Source: an uncultured Phycisphaerales bacterium
Lineage (GTDB): Bacteria > Planctomycetota > Phycisphaerae > Tepidisphaerales > Tepidisphaeraceae
Length of the DNA stretch: 64,000 nt
Assembly (NCBI GenBank): GCA_963755915.1
Contig: CAVWLP010000002.1
Location: forward strand, 2,080,001-2,144,000
Reading direction: 5' to 3'
Shown piece by piece: positions 34,319-46,810 of the stretch (within the stretch, counting starts at the first letter, position 1; each line of letters starts with the position of its first letter). A program made the position numbers and the translations under genes. The notes under the pieces were generated by a model, which saw only the letters and a program-made list of their open reading frames with translations, had not been told where the DNA came from and ran no database searches.

Positions 34319-35199
34319 ATGGGCAACTCTATTCTGAAGCGCCATGGGTTAATGGCACTCGCGGCAGCCTCGGGGCTGGCCGCGCTTACCACAACTTCGC
34401 GCCGAGCGTCATTTACAGTCAGACATTCAGCGAGGGTACCTATACAGGAGGTGGCACCTCCGACAAGCTTTCTCCGCCGTCAAGCCCGGCCGGGCTCTTG
34501 ACCTACTACACGGGCGGCACCCCCACCAGTTATACGGTCCTCAACGATGCGGATATGGGCAACGCCCTCGATTTCAGTGATGCCGGCCAAAGGATTTACA
34601 GCGGCAGCCTCAGCGCCATCACGCTTGGAAATGCCGTCGGCGACACCCTCTCCTATTCGTTCCAGTTCCGCATTCCTACCGTGTCCGGCTCCGACAATGT
34701 CGGATTCCGGTTCGGGATTTTCAACGATAACGGAACACCGGTAACGGCACCATTCTCCTCCGGCCTGACAGCCGGCAATGATGACTATGGTTACTCAGCC
34801 TATCTCGGCGTCGGAACAAACTATTTGACGGTTTATCATGAAACCAACATCGGCTCCGGCACGCTGGCCAACGACGTCACCAACGATACCCGCCTGGCCA
34901 GCACCGCGACGGCTCCCAACATCAGCGATGGCAACGCGCATACCGCAATGTTCACGCTGACCGAGGAAGCCGCAGGGAAGGTGAACGTCGCATTTTCTGT
35001 TGACGGAACCACGTATTTCAGCGGACTCGACACCAACGCGACGCCCGTAACCAGCTTCAATGACCTCCAATTCTGGGAGCATGACAATCTGGATCTCCGC
35101 ATAAACGATATCCAGATTTCGACGACCGTGCCGGAGCCAGTTACTTTGGGCGCCATGTCTTTAGGAGTAGCCGGATTGCTCGTCAGACGCAGACGATAG
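34319..35199 (+). CDS. Small PEP-CTERM protein; frameshift(s) at 34400-34490
   Basis: GGAGG RBS, MGNSILKRHGLMALAAASG signal; FRFGIFNDNGTPVTAPFSSG; VPEP-TM-RRRR. Confidence 0.82.
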
Positions 35200-35213
35200 G
35201 ACCGGAAGTATCA

Positions 35214-36285
35214 ATGGCTGGCAAATATTCTCCGATCAACGTCGGAATTTTAGGTTTAGGACGCAGCGGCTGGGGAATCCATGTAGATGCGATCACCCAC
35301 CTGCCCGAGATGTTTAAACTCGTTGCGGTCACGGATCAATTGCCCGGTCGTGCCAGTGAGTCCGCGGCGTCCACCAGGGCGCAACTTCATCAATCTTTTG
35401 AACAACTTCTCGCGGATCGCGAAGTAGAGTTGGTGGTCGTTGCGACTTACAACTCATTTCACGCCCGGCACGCGGCCGCTGCATTGAGGGCCGAAAAGCA
35501 TGTGCTTTGCGAAAAGCCTTTCGGGCTTACAACTGCCGATGTGGACATGATGATTTCCACGTCGCGCGCAGCCGGAAAAGTTCTCCAGCCATTCCACCAG
35601 CGCAGATTCGAAGCAGATTTCCAGAAAGTATATGAAGTGGTCAAAAGCGGGATTCTTGGCCAGATTCTGTTCATCCGGATCTGCTGGCATGGGTTCAAAC
35701 GTCGGTGGGATTGGCAAACCGATAAGAGCATGGGCGGGGGAACGATGAATAATAACGGGTCGCATCCCATCGACCACGCCCTCGAACTTTACGGAGAGGG
35801 CGAGCCGAGCATCTGGTCCCAAATGCGCCGGTGCCTTTGCTCCGGTGATGCTGAAGACCACATGAAGATTATTCTCACCGGAGACAAAAAGCCCACCGTT
35901 GAAGTCGAGCTTACCGATGTCTTTGCCTATCCCCAGGACCGTTGGTTTGTCTGCGGTACGGCGGGTGGATTGCGAGGTACCGCTAATGCACTGGAATGGA
36001 AATGGGTGGACTGGTCGCAAATGCCGCCTCGCCCGCTCGAACTTCAGTCCACGCCCGACCGCGGTTACAACAGCGAGTCGCTAAAGTGGCAGAGCGCCTC
36101 ATGGCAACCAGCCGGCAGCGCAGACGCCGCGCCGGGGCGGCACCGCGCGACAGCCGGTCATCGATCTGTACACGAGTCTTTTCCAAACGATTCGTCTCGG
36201 AGAGCCCCAGAAAATTACCCCAGAGAGCGCTCGACGTCGCGTTGCGGTGATGGAAAAGGCTCGACAATGCGGCGGATTCTATTGA
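35214..36285 (+). CDS. Gfo/Idh/MocA oxidoreductase; frameshift near 36135
   Basis: GILGLGRSG, HVLCEKP, HQRRF, GGG..NNGSHPID. Confidence 0.9.
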
Positions 36286-36344
36286 CACATCGGTATCTCC
36301 AGAGAGACCTTTATTCGTAATTTCACCTCAAACAAGACTCCATC

Positions 36345-37350
36345 ATGCATAGACTACCGGACATTTTCGTTGCCATTCGTCCCGGTCTTTATTCGAGGCT
36401 CTTTTCTGCGCGGAGCGATGCAATTTTACGTGGCGCCGCAAGAGTTCACGCCCACGATGCCGAAACTGATCTGACCCGCGAGCAACTCTTTTCACAGTTG
36501 CCAAACTTCGACGCTGTCATCACCGGTTGGGGCACGCCTTCCTTCGACGATTCCGCCATCTTGGCGGCTGAAAGGTTGAAATTGATTGCCCACTCCGCCG
36601 GCACAATCAAACATCTGATTCCAAAAGCCGTTTGGGAACGAGGTATTGCCGTTACGCATGCCGCAAGCGCAATGGCCTCCGCCGTTGCCGAAGCTTCGCT
36701 TCTGATGACCATGCTGATGCTCCGGCCATTCCACCAGTTTGATGCCGCCTTGCGCCGGCGGAAATTGGGACCCGCTCAGGGCAGTTCCCGGTCAGGAACT
36801 TGCCACTACAAGGATCGGCGTGATCGGCGCCGGATATACCGGACGCCGCTTCATTAATCTGTTGAAAGCTCTCGAAGCCGAGGTGTGGGTTTATGATCCA
36901 TATCTGACCGAGCCCGTTGCCTCTGAAATGGGCGTTCGCAAGGTAAGCCTGCCAGATTTAATGCGTGATTGCCCCGTGGTATCCATCCAAGCGCCCTCGA
37001 CGAAGGAAACCTATCACATGATCGGGCGGCAGCAACTGGCGCTGCTCCAGGACGGCGCGATTCTCGTCAATACCGCCCGCTCCGCGTTGGTGGATGAGTC
37101 CGCGCTTTTGGTCGAACTCCAATCGGGACGAATTCACGCGGCGCTCGATGTCTTCGACAAGGAGCCCCTCCCGCCGGACAGTCCGTTTCGCAAATTGCCC
37201 AACGTACTCCTGACGCCTCACATTGCGGGAATCACGCCCCAGGCGTCGCTGCGCCAGGGGCAGACGATCGCCGAGGAAGTCCGCAGATTTTTCGCCGGCG
37301 AGCCGCTGAAATATGCAGTCACCGCTCCCATGATCGAAACCATGGCCTAG
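36345..37350 (+). CDS. D-2-hydroxyacid dehydrogenase family; frameshift near 36755
   Basis: IAHSAGTIK, GVIGAGYTG, VNTARS, LDVFDKEPL, LTPHIAG. Confidence 0.9.
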
Positions 37351-37362
37351 AAGATTACGACG

Positions 37363-38760
37363 ATGCGCGACTCAGACATCCGAGTCATCGAAATCCACCC
37401 GCTTTTCAGCATCGAGCGCACGCGCGAGCCGTACAAATTTGGTAATGTCGTGCAGGATCAAGTGACCCTATGCCATGTCAAGGCCCGTACCGAAACCCGC
37501 GGCGGCAAAATTTCCATCGGATGGGGCGCCATCTCGCTCAGCCACTTCTGGGCGTTTCAATCCAATACGCTGTCCATCGAGCAGAAGGATCACGCCATGC
37601 GGGCGCTCGTTTCGGGATTCTGCCAGGTGTTGGCGTCGAATCGCGAGTTTGGCCATCCGATCGATCTCTTTCTCGCCGCCAAAAAAGAGCTGTCACGCCT
37701 CTGCCGCGAAATTTCCGAGGCCGGCTCACTTACAGACGAAATTCCAATGCTCGCCGCTTTGGTCTGTGCGTCACCCGCTGACGCCGCCTTGCACGACGCC
37801 TTCGGAATCGCTAGCGGAATCAGTAGCTACGATGGGTACTCATCCGACTTCATGACGCACGACCTCAGCCGCTATCTTGGCAAGCACTTCCGAGGGATCT
37901 ATTTGTCGGAATTCATCCAACCCGCTCAGGGAGTAACGGTTCCGATTTTCCATTCCATCGGCGGCCTCGACAAACTGACGGAATCCGAGGTAAGCCACAA
38001 TGCTCCAAAAGACGGCCTGCCGAATTCGCTCGAACAGTGGATCCAGCACGACCAGTTGTTCTGCCTGAAATTGAAGCTCCGCGGTGTCGATCTGAAATGG
38101 GACTTGGACCGCTGCCTCGCCGTTTGGAAAATAGTTGAATCGGCGATTTCCCGCCGCCGGCAAAAGACAATGCACCTCTCGATCGATCCGAACGAGCAAT
38201 GTCGCGATCCCCAGTACGTGATCGAATTGCTTCAGCGGCTACGGGAATGCTCCCCCGCTGCCTTTGATGCCGTCCTCTTCGTTGAGCAGCCAACGGACAG
38301 AGACCTGCGACGCAAGTCTTACGACATGCGACCATTGGCCGCGCTGAAGCCGGTGATGATCGATGAAAGTTTGAACAGCCTCGAAGATGTCGAGGTTGCC
38401 AAAGAATCAGGCTGGTCGGGGGTGGCAATTAAGACGTGCAAATGCCACACGATGGCGCTTCTAACAGTCGCAAAAGCTGTGGGGCTCGGTCTGCCATACT
38501 GCGTTCAGGATTTGAGCAACATCGGTTTGGCGCTGCTGCACTCGATCGGCATGACAGCCCGCCTCAACCCCATCATGGGCGTCGAAGCCAATGGCCGGCA
38601 ATTTTTCCCCTTCAGTTCCCGGCCGGAACAGGCCGTACATCCCGATATTTTTCGGGTCCGCGGCGGTGTCGCCCAGACGGATTCACTGCGCGGAACAGGC
38701 CTCGGGTATCAGATCAATAGAATCGACCGCCCGATATTTCACGAGGAAACACTCCGATGA
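37363..38760 (+). CDS. Enolase-superfamily (mandelate racemase-like) enzyme, probable acid-sugar dehydratase
   Basis: KLKL, IDPNE, VEQP, IDES, AIKTCK. Confidence 0.82.
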   Translation: MRDSDIRVIEIHPLFSIERTREPYKFGNVVQDQVTLCHVKARTETRGGKISIGWGAISLSHFWAFQSNTLSIEQKDHAMRALVSGFCQVLASNREFGHPIDLFLAAKKELSRLCREISEAGSLTDEIPMLAALVCASPADAALHDAFGIASGISSYDGYSSDFMTHDLSRYLGKHFRGIYLSEFIQPAQGVTVPIFHSIGGLDKLTESEVSHNAPKDGLPNSLEQWIQHDQLFCLKLKLRGVDLKWDLDRCLAVWKIVESAISRRRQKTMHLSIDPNEQCRDPQYVIELLQRLRECSPAAFDAVLFVEQPTDRDLRRKSYDMRPLAALKPVMIDESLNSLEDVEVAKESGWSGVAIKTCKCHTMALLTVAKAVGLGLPYCVQDLSNIGLALLHSIGMTARLNPIMGVEANGRQFFPFSSRPEQAVHPDIFRVRGGVAQTDSLRGTGLGYQINRIDRPIFHEETLR

Positions 38761-39596
38761 AATGGATGATGTTTTCCAAACATCTTCAGGGCCTGCCCCT
38801 GGCGGAAGCGGCGCGGAACATGCGCGATCTCGGATTCGAGGGAATGGATCTCACCGTCCGTCCCGGCGGTTTCGTCGATCCCGCTCGGGTCAAAACCGAA
38901 CTGCACACGGCCGTTCACACTGTGGCAGATCAGGGACTCTCCGTCCCCCTGATTACGACCTCCATTACCTCAATTTACGATCCTTTTGCCCAATCCACGT
39001 TTATCGCGGCGGCGGAAGAAAAAATCGGCGAGATCAAACTCGGTTATGTCCACAACGGCCCCTTCGGAACGCTGGCGGAAATGGTGGACAAGATGAATGG
39101 ATGGCTCGATGGCCTCGAAAAACTTGCCGTCCGCACGGGCGTCCGCGCTAATCTTCACGTCCACAGCGGCACTCATACCACGGCGCTGCCGGCGCTGATC
39201 TGGTACTGGCTCAAGGATCGCAATCCCGCCGCCATCGGCGCTTATGTGGATCCCGCTCACATGGCCGTCGAAGGGGGCGACTGTGGTTGGAAAATGGGGC
39301 TCGATCTTTTGGCGGGCCGTATTTCCCTCGTCGCAGCAAAGGATTTCAAATGGGTTAAACTGAATGCCGCCGCCCCCGGCAATGCCGTCTATACTCCCGA
39401 GATCGCCCCACTAGGAGAAGGTATCACCCCTTGGCCGCATGTCTTCGCCTGCTTGCGCGTTGCCAAATTCGATGGCTGGATTTCCGTTCATAGCGAATAC
39501 GAGCACATGCCGGCTGCCCAGTTGCTGCGGCAGACACGGCTCGATTTGGATTTTCTCCAGTGTGCGCTGGAAGCGTCAAAATCAATCGCGCCCTAG
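38757..39596 (+). CDS. Sugar phosphate isomerase/epimerase (TIM barrel)
   Basis: GFEGMDLTVRPGG, DPAH, KDFKW, PLGEG, SVHSEY. Confidence 0.85.
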   Translation: MKWMMFSKHLQGLPLAEAARNMRDLGFEGMDLTVRPGGFVDPARVKTELHTAVHTVADQGLSVPLITTSITSIYDPFAQSTFIAAAEEKIGEIKLGYVHNGPFGTLAEMVDKMNGWLDGLEKLAVRTGVRANLHVHSGTHTTALPALIWYWLKDRNPAAIGAYVDPAHMAVEGGDCGWKMGLDLLAGRISLVAAKDFKWVKLNAAAPGNAVYTPEIAPLGEGITPWPHVFACLRVAKFDGWISVHSEYEHMPAAQLLRQTRLDLDFLQCALEASKSIAP

Positions 39597-39620
39597 GAGT
39601 TCAAACCGCCAGGAGAATCG

Positions 39621-40704
39621 TTGCAAAAAGCTTCCGCCGATTTTCGAGCTATCCTGCAACCGTACGTCGATCGCGGCCTACTTGCCGGCGCCGTTATCGC
39701 CGTCGCCGACGCCCAGCGGCTGCTCCATATCGACGCCCTCGGCTTCGCCGACATCGCCCAGCACCGACCCATGACTCCCGACGCCTTGTTCTGGGTCGCA
39801 TCCCAGACCAAGCCCGTGACCGCAACGGCAATAATGATGCTCGTCGATGATGGCAAGCTGATGCTGGACGATCCCGTTGAGAAATATCTGCCCCAGTTCA
39901 AAGACCTTTGGTTGGCCGCGGAGAAAGACGAGAATCATGTACTGCTGAAGCGGCCGCACCCGCCGATCACGTTCCGGAATCTGCTGAGTAATACGTCCGG
40001 AATGCCGTTTCAGTCCGCGATCGAAACACCGACGCTCGACGGTTTGCCATTGTCAGTCGCCGCCGCCAGTTATGCCATTACGCCGCTTGAGTCACAGCCC
40101 GGCACGAAATACTTCTATTCGAATATGGGCTTTAACACCGCGGCGCGCGCTCGAAGTGATCACCGGCCAGACCTATGCCGATTTTCTGCAAGAGCGCGTA
40201 TTCGATCCCCTTGGTATGCGCGATACAACCTTCTGGCCCAGTTCCGAGCAGCTTTTCCGACTCGCCACTTCGTATAAGCCCGATCCGGCCACAAACGAAC
40301 TGCGGATGACACGTACAACCCAGCTTCGCTATCCCCTCGACGATCGTTCCCGTTACCCGATGCCGGCCGGAGGTTTATTTTCCACCGCGGCCGACATGGT
40401 TCAATTCTGCCGCATCTTCATCAACGGCGGACGGGTTGATGGCCGGCAATATATTTCCCAAACATCCATTGCCGAAATGACACGTAAACAAACGGGCGAT
40501 GCGGTCAGCGAAAATTATGGCCTGGGTTGGCGCATTGATGATCAAGGCTTCGGCCACGGCGGTGCATATTCCACGAACATGACAATCGTCCCCTCCCAGA
40601 AACTCATTACCACGTTTCTCGTCCAGCACGCAGGCTTCGCAGCCGACGGCGCTCAAAGCGCCACCGATTTTCACAGCGCGGCGCGACAACGATTTCGTGG
40701 GTAG
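39621..40704 (+). CDS. Serine hydrolase (beta-lactamase class C fold); frameshift near 40145
   Basis: ASQTK (SxxK), YFYSN, PAGGLFST, FGHGGA. Confidence 0.88.
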
Positions 40705-40748
40705 TGAAGCGGGTGAGGGACCTGAAAAGGAAAGGCCGGTTTTTCGGA

Positions 40749-43033
40749 ATGACCAAGCTATTTGTGATTGTGTTGGCGTTGCTCTGTTCAATCGTTCCAT
40801 CGCGGGCAGACGATGTCACTCCCTCACGCGCCGCCCTGCACGAAGGAACCTTTCAAGTCCAGCCCAGTTTGCGTGGAGTACATCCGCGGCTCTATTTCAC
40901 TCCCGCGGAAGTCCGCGCCGCGATCGATCACTACGCCAGGGATCCCGAATTCTTTAAGGCCTACCTGCCTGACAGCAACGACATTAACGCCGAGCTGGCC
41001 GACTTTACGGTCGGCGAACAGGGCGCTGCTGATTCCAAGCACATTCTGCGACTGGCCGCCGGCTATGTACTTACCTCTAATCCCGCCTACCTGCAATCGC
41101 TCCAGCGGTGGATCCCGATGTTGAAGCAGTATAAGCCGATGACCTTCAAGGTAACCGAAATTAACAATAACAATCTGGTCGCGGGTGAATTGCTCTACGG
41201 CCTGTCCACGACTTACGATCTTTTGAAGGGCAGCTCAGCCGACCCGCGGCTGACGGCGGAAGTACGCAACGCGCTGATCATCCAGGCGGCGCAACCTATG
41301 CCGACACCATGGCGCTTCCCGCGTTACCCTACGAACAGAACCATTTCACAATTCCAGTCAGCGGGCTGGCTGACGCCGCCTGCGTCCTCGCCGACGAGCT
41401 TCCCGAAGCCCAGCTTTGGGGGGTCTATAGCCGAAATATTCTCATACGCAGCTTGAGCATCCTCGCGCCCGATGGCTGGTATTACGAAGGCTTCGGCTAC
41501 TGGGAATATGCCATGCATTACATCGTGTCGGGCGCCGCGGCGCTGCAAACGACAACGGGCGAAGATTTCTTTTCCAAACCGCCACTTTGCAACTCGCCGC
41601 TGTTTTTGGCCCATATGTATCTGCCTGTCCCAACCTTCGCATTCGACTTCTGTGATTTCGGTCCGCGTGTCGAACGCGACGGCATCCACGCGCAAAAAGG
41701 GTACTACTTGCCCTGGCACACGCTGCATGTTTATCTGCCATTCGGCACCGCGTCCTTGATGCAGCGCATGCGGCCCACTCCGCTGCTGCAAAGCGTGATT
41801 GACGCGCACGCTCTGCCATCGTCCATCCCTTCGACAACTGATTTCTTCAATATGTTCTGGCAGATGCCGGCGCCCCAGGAAGGCACAACCATGACCAGCG
41901 CCGCATGCGGCCCCCCTTACCACTATTTTACCGACATGGAGGTGGTTCATTGGCGCTCGAATTGGGAGGATCCGAATGCCACCGCGCTGGCGTTTAAGTC
42001 GGGCCCGCCGGAGGGACACAACGCGGCCCAAATGGTGGCGCGGTTCCCCGAGTGGAAAATGGCCGCCGGGCATGCCCACCCCGATGCCGGAAGCTTCGAG
42101 ATCTTTTCCAAAGGCGTTTTCCTCGCCAACGCCGGCGACGCCTATGTCGGAAAAAAAGACAGCGCCAACACCGATACCATCCTCGTCGACGGCACCGGTC
42201 AGGCCCGGACCGGCACCGCATGGGCCACCTTCGACGATCGCCCCTATCAAGTCTACGACCAGATCCACATGGCCAACGTCTGGCTCGGGCCCACTATCGC
42301 CGCTTCCACTGCGGTATTCGCCACCGCCTATCCGGACGCGCTCCAGGTCACCAAAATGCAGCGGCAACTGGTCATGGTCGACGGGCGGTTTCTCATCGTC
42401 CGCGATTCCATCGACTCCAACCTCCCCCACCAATACCAGTGGCGCTTGCACGGCGATCGCCTGGCCACCAATCCCGGCCCCAACCGCTTCGTCATGGAAA
42501 ATGGCCCCGGCCGGCTCGTCGTGCAACATCTTCTTCCCACCGATGGTTTTAAACTTGGGCCAACCATCGTCGACACAGAGATCAACGCCGGCAACCGCCC
42601 CCGACTCCTGCAACGCGGCTTTCATATCGAGGTCTCATCTCCACCCGGCCAGAGACAGTTTCAGTTTCTCGCCGCCATGGAGATTCAGTCTTCCAAGGAT
42701 GCCGCCTCGGACTTCCTCGCCAAACAGACGCAGTCTGGTTCCGTTAGGTTGTCCGACAGAGCCGGCTCCTGCCAAATCTGGACCTCGGGAGATGCCGGCC
42801 TGGATGGATCCTACGCCTATGTACTGCGCGACAGCGTGGGCAAAATCATTTCCGCCGGCCTGTGCGGACGCTCTCTGGTGAGCGACGATCTGTCTCTTCA
42901 ACTCACATCGCCGGGCCAGGCATGCATTCGCCCGGCAGCCGCGGACTCCTGGCAACTCGACGGTTCCTCAAGTGCGACGAACGAACTGAGAATCTCCGGA
43001 AAGTCCGCAACCGACCAGACGCTGAAATGGTAA
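40749..43033 (+). CDS. Secreted heparinase II/III-like polysaccharide lyase; frameshift near 41290
   Basis: Signal peptide, HPRLYFT, QNH, DGWYYEGFGYWEY, FKSGPP, GHAHPDAGSF. Confidence 0.8.
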
Positions 43034-44014
43034 AGCAATCGAAAGCCATATTGTCGTGCGGGCGCGGATTCGACCTCCTGGGCCAGGGCGAGTTTCGCTA
43101 TCGTGTCGTTCCCGGCTGGGGCGTACTCGGCGACGACACGCCGGTCGGTAACTGCCACGGCATCGTGACCGATCGCGAAGGCCACGTTATTCTCCTCACC
43201 GACCAGACCCGAAACAACGTGATCGTCTACGACAAAGCCGGGAAGCTCGTCCATAAATGGGGAACCGCATTCCCCGGCGCAGCACGGGCTGTCGATCGTC
43301 CCGGAAGAAGATCAGCAGGTCCTCTTCATCACCGACGTGAAAACGCACAAGGTCTACAAAACTTCCCTCGATGGGAAGATTCTGAACGAGTGGGGCTGGC
43401 CGAAGGAGACCGGCAAATATGACAAAGAAGATGATTACTGCCCGTCCTGGACATTGCACTTCCCCGACGGCGGCTTCTTCGTTTTGGACGGCTACGGCCG
43501 CGACTACATCACCCGCTTCGACGCCGCAGGCAAATTCGTGAAGATCTTCGGCGGGAGCGAGGGCGGCATTCACCATTGGGGCCCGCATGGTGGTACGGCC
43601 GATCTGAGCGACCCTGCCGTCCCGACCCTCCTGATCGCCATGAGCGACCAGCAGTACCTGCTGCGCCTTTCCCTCGACGGTGAAAAGCTGAAACAGATCG
43701 ACCTGCCCGGCGGAAACCCCCGGCAAATCCGCCTGCACAACGGCCATTACTTCGTTGCCCACCTCGGCGACGACTGGCCCAACGATACAAATTGTCGCGG
43801 CTTCGTCTCCGTCCTGGACCAGAATTTCCGCGTGCTCTCCAACATTGGCGGGACCCCGCCCATCTACAACGTCGCCGGCCAACTCCAGCCGATGCAGCAC
43901 CAGGAAAACGTCTTCCGCCACCCGCACGACGTGATCATCGATGATGAGGAGAGTCTTTACGTGGCTCAGTTCGCGTCGAACAACACGTACCCGATCAAGC
44001 TGGAGCGTGTGTGA
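43027..44014 (+). CDS. NHL-repeat beta-propeller (PAL-like) protein; frameshift near 43280
   Basis: YRVVPGWG, NCHGI, DGYG, PHG, HPHDV...YVAQFAS. Confidence 0.8.
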
Positions 44015-44097
44015 TTCGGCAGTGAAACGACGACGGACGCGCCTCGGAATTTGCGGCCTGAATCGTTTTAACAGACCTCACTATAAGGAGAGTACAC

Positions 44098-44409
44098 GTG
44101 GCACGCATTACGTACGTCACACCGACCGGAAAAGTCGTCGTCGTTGAGCAATCGGACGGTACCCTGATGACAGCGGCGGTGCGGAACCAGGTCGAGGGAA
44201 TCGACGGCGAATGTGGCGGGGTGTGCTCCTGCGCCACGTGCCATGTCCACATCGACCCCGAATGGGTCGATCGAGTGGGCCCTCCCGGCAACGAGGAGGC
44301 CGCGATGTTGGAATTCGATGACAATGTGACTACCGCCAGCCGATTGGGTTGCCAGGTTCCCATCCGGCCGGAATTGGATGGGCTCAAGGTGAAGGTGGTA
44401 CCACGTTGA
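44098..44409 (+). CDS. 2Fe-2S ferredoxin (putidaredoxin type)
   Basis: AAGGAG RBS; GECGGVCSCATCHV...SRLGCQ. Confidence 0.95.
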   Translation: MARITYVTPTGKVVVVEQSDGTLMTAAVRNQVEGIDGECGGVCSCATCHVHIDPEWVDRVGPPGNEEAAMLEFDDNVTTASRLGCQVPIRPELDGLKVKVVPR

Positions 44410-45631
44410 GTCAGGCACAGCACAGATGTGTGATCGTGGGCGCCGGTCACGCTGCGGCTCATTTGTGCGTTTCGCTGGGCCAGACGCATTGGTCGGGCGC
44501 ATCACACTGGTAGGCGATGAACCAATCGCTCCTTATCACCGCCCGCCACTGTCCAAGTCACAGTTGGATCCCGCCGTCGAATCATCACTTCAACTGATTC
44601 GGCCCAGCGATTTCTATGCACGACAGCAAATCGAGCTGAGGCTCGGACAGACGGTCCGATCTATCGATCGCGCCACACGCACGATCGAAATCGACCAGAC
44701 GAAGCTGCCGTACGACACGCTCGTCCTGGCGACCGGCTCGGTAAACCGCCGGCCATCGATCATTGGCATCGAGCACCCCCGTGTCCTTTCCCTCCGAACT
44801 GCCGAAGACGCCGTGGCGTTGCGGACGCGAGTCCGAGACACACAACGCGCGGCCATCATCGGGGCTGGTTTCATTGGTCTCGAGATCGCATCCTCGCTGC
44901 GGAAGATCGGTCGCGAAATCACCGTTCTGGAGATGGCCAACCACGCCCTGTCGCGCGTCACGTCACCGGTGGTTTCGACTTTCTTTGAATCGCTGCATCG
45001 CAGTCATGGTGTCGATCTGCGGACCAATGTTTCGGTGTCGAAGATCCAGGATGAAGACGGCCGGCTCACCTTATTCGCGGCCGACGAATCGGTTGTTTGC
45101 CGAGCGGACCTCGTCGTCATCGGCGCCGGCGCAAGACCCAACGACGATCTCGCTCGACTCGCAGGCCTCGACGTGAAAAATGGCATCCTCGTGGACGAGC
45201 ACAACCGTACATCCGATCCGGCCATTTATGCGATAGGCGACTGCTGCAACCAGTTCCATCCGATGTACCAAACGCGGCTAAGGCTTGAATCCGTGCAAAA
45301 CGCCACCAACCAGGCCAAAGCTGTCGCGGCGGCGATCTGCCAATTACCCACGCCGCCTGCAACGCTGCCGTGGTTCTGGTCAGACCAGTATGACGTCAAG
45401 CTGCAAATCGCCGGCATTTCAGCAGGATACGACCAGTGCATCATCCGGGGCCATCCAGAGCCGGGTTCTTCATTCTCCGCCTGGTACCTCAAACACGGCC
45501 GCCTGATCGCCGTCGACGCGATCAACGACGCCCGCGCCTACGTCGTCGCCGGCAAGCTCATTCTGCGCAGCGCGCGGCCCGCTCCCGACGACCTGGCCGA
45601 CCCCAACCGCGACCTCAGGGATTTTCTCTAA
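44406..45631 (+). CDS. FAD-dependent ferredoxin reductase; frameshift near 44495
   Basis: TTG 44406: CVIVGAGHAA; PYHRPPLSK, IIGAGFIGLE, AIGDC, RLESVQNA, PWFWSDQY. Confidence 0.92.
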
Positions 45632-45648
45632 CCCGGGACAAAAATATT

Positions 45649-46789
45649 ATGGACCCGCAGCAAGATCCTTTCCGTCAAAAACGTCAAGACACCGGTATAG
45701 AGTACATGCGCCGAGGGGCAGGAGATGCCCTTGATCCTGCGTCTGCAGGATGTGCGAAAGACTTGTAAGAACTGGAGGACGTTCAGCAACGACGATCCAT
45801 TCATGATCGTTCCGCACTCGGAAGCATCCGTCCGTTCAGTCCGGCAATACCCCATCGAAACCGATCCGCCCGATCACGCCGACTATCGCGCGCTGGTCGA
45901 ACCATTCTTCAATCGTCCCAATGAACCGGAGTACCAGACGGGCATGCGGAAATTGGTGGATGGAATCCTCGCCGCCGCCGTCAGAGCGGATACCGTCGAA
46001 GTGGTGCACGAGTTGGCGTTGCCGCTCCAGTCGCGCTCACTCACGCGGTTGCTCAACGTCGATGAGTCCGAGGCCGATCTCTGGATCAGCTGGGGGATCC
46101 ACGTTTTCAAAGAGGGCGACGGTGTTTCAAAAGGAGCGGAACTGGAGACCTACATCCGCCGCAAGTTCGAGGAGACCGCGAACTCCGATGCGAACGATTT
46201 TTTCAGCGTGCTCAATCGCGTCGATTTCCGCGGCCGAAAACTTACACTGGAAGAGAAGCACGGATTTGCCAACATGGCGTTCGCCGGTGGCCGGGACACG
46301 GTGATCCACACGGTCTCAAGCATCATCGCCTATTTTGCGGCGCATCCGGAAGGATTGGACTTTATGCGCCGCGATGCGTCGCGCATCATTACCGCCACCG
46401 AAGAGTTCGTCCGTTATGTAAGTCCGCTGACCGCGATCGCCCGAAAGTGTCCGCATGGCGCCCGGGTGCTCGATGCCGAAGTTGCGCCAGGCGGCCGCGT
46501 GGGCCTCTGCTGGCCCTCCGCCAACCGTGATGAAACCACATTCACCAAACCTCAGGAAGTTATTCTCGATCGCTCCCCCAATCCGCACGTCGGGTTCGGA
46601 TTCGGGATCCATAGGTGCCTGGGCGCGGCACAGGCCCGGCTCATTATCCGCAGCCTGCTTCACTCGCTCTGCAGTCAGATCGATACCGTCAAGCTGATCG
46701 AAGCCGTCCCGGAAGTCGAAACCGAATCGTCCTTTGAGAGGCAAGTTGGATATAGAAGTCTACGCGTCGCGTTTACTCCAAAAGCTTGA
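45649..46789 (+). CDS. Cytochrome P450, CYP236A-like; frameshift near 45710
   Basis: DPPDH, FAGGRDTV (I-helix), EEFVR (ExxR), SANRD, FGFGIHRCLG. Confidence 0.92.
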
Positions 46790-46810
46790 CGTTCAAATCG
46801 TCGTCGCGTC

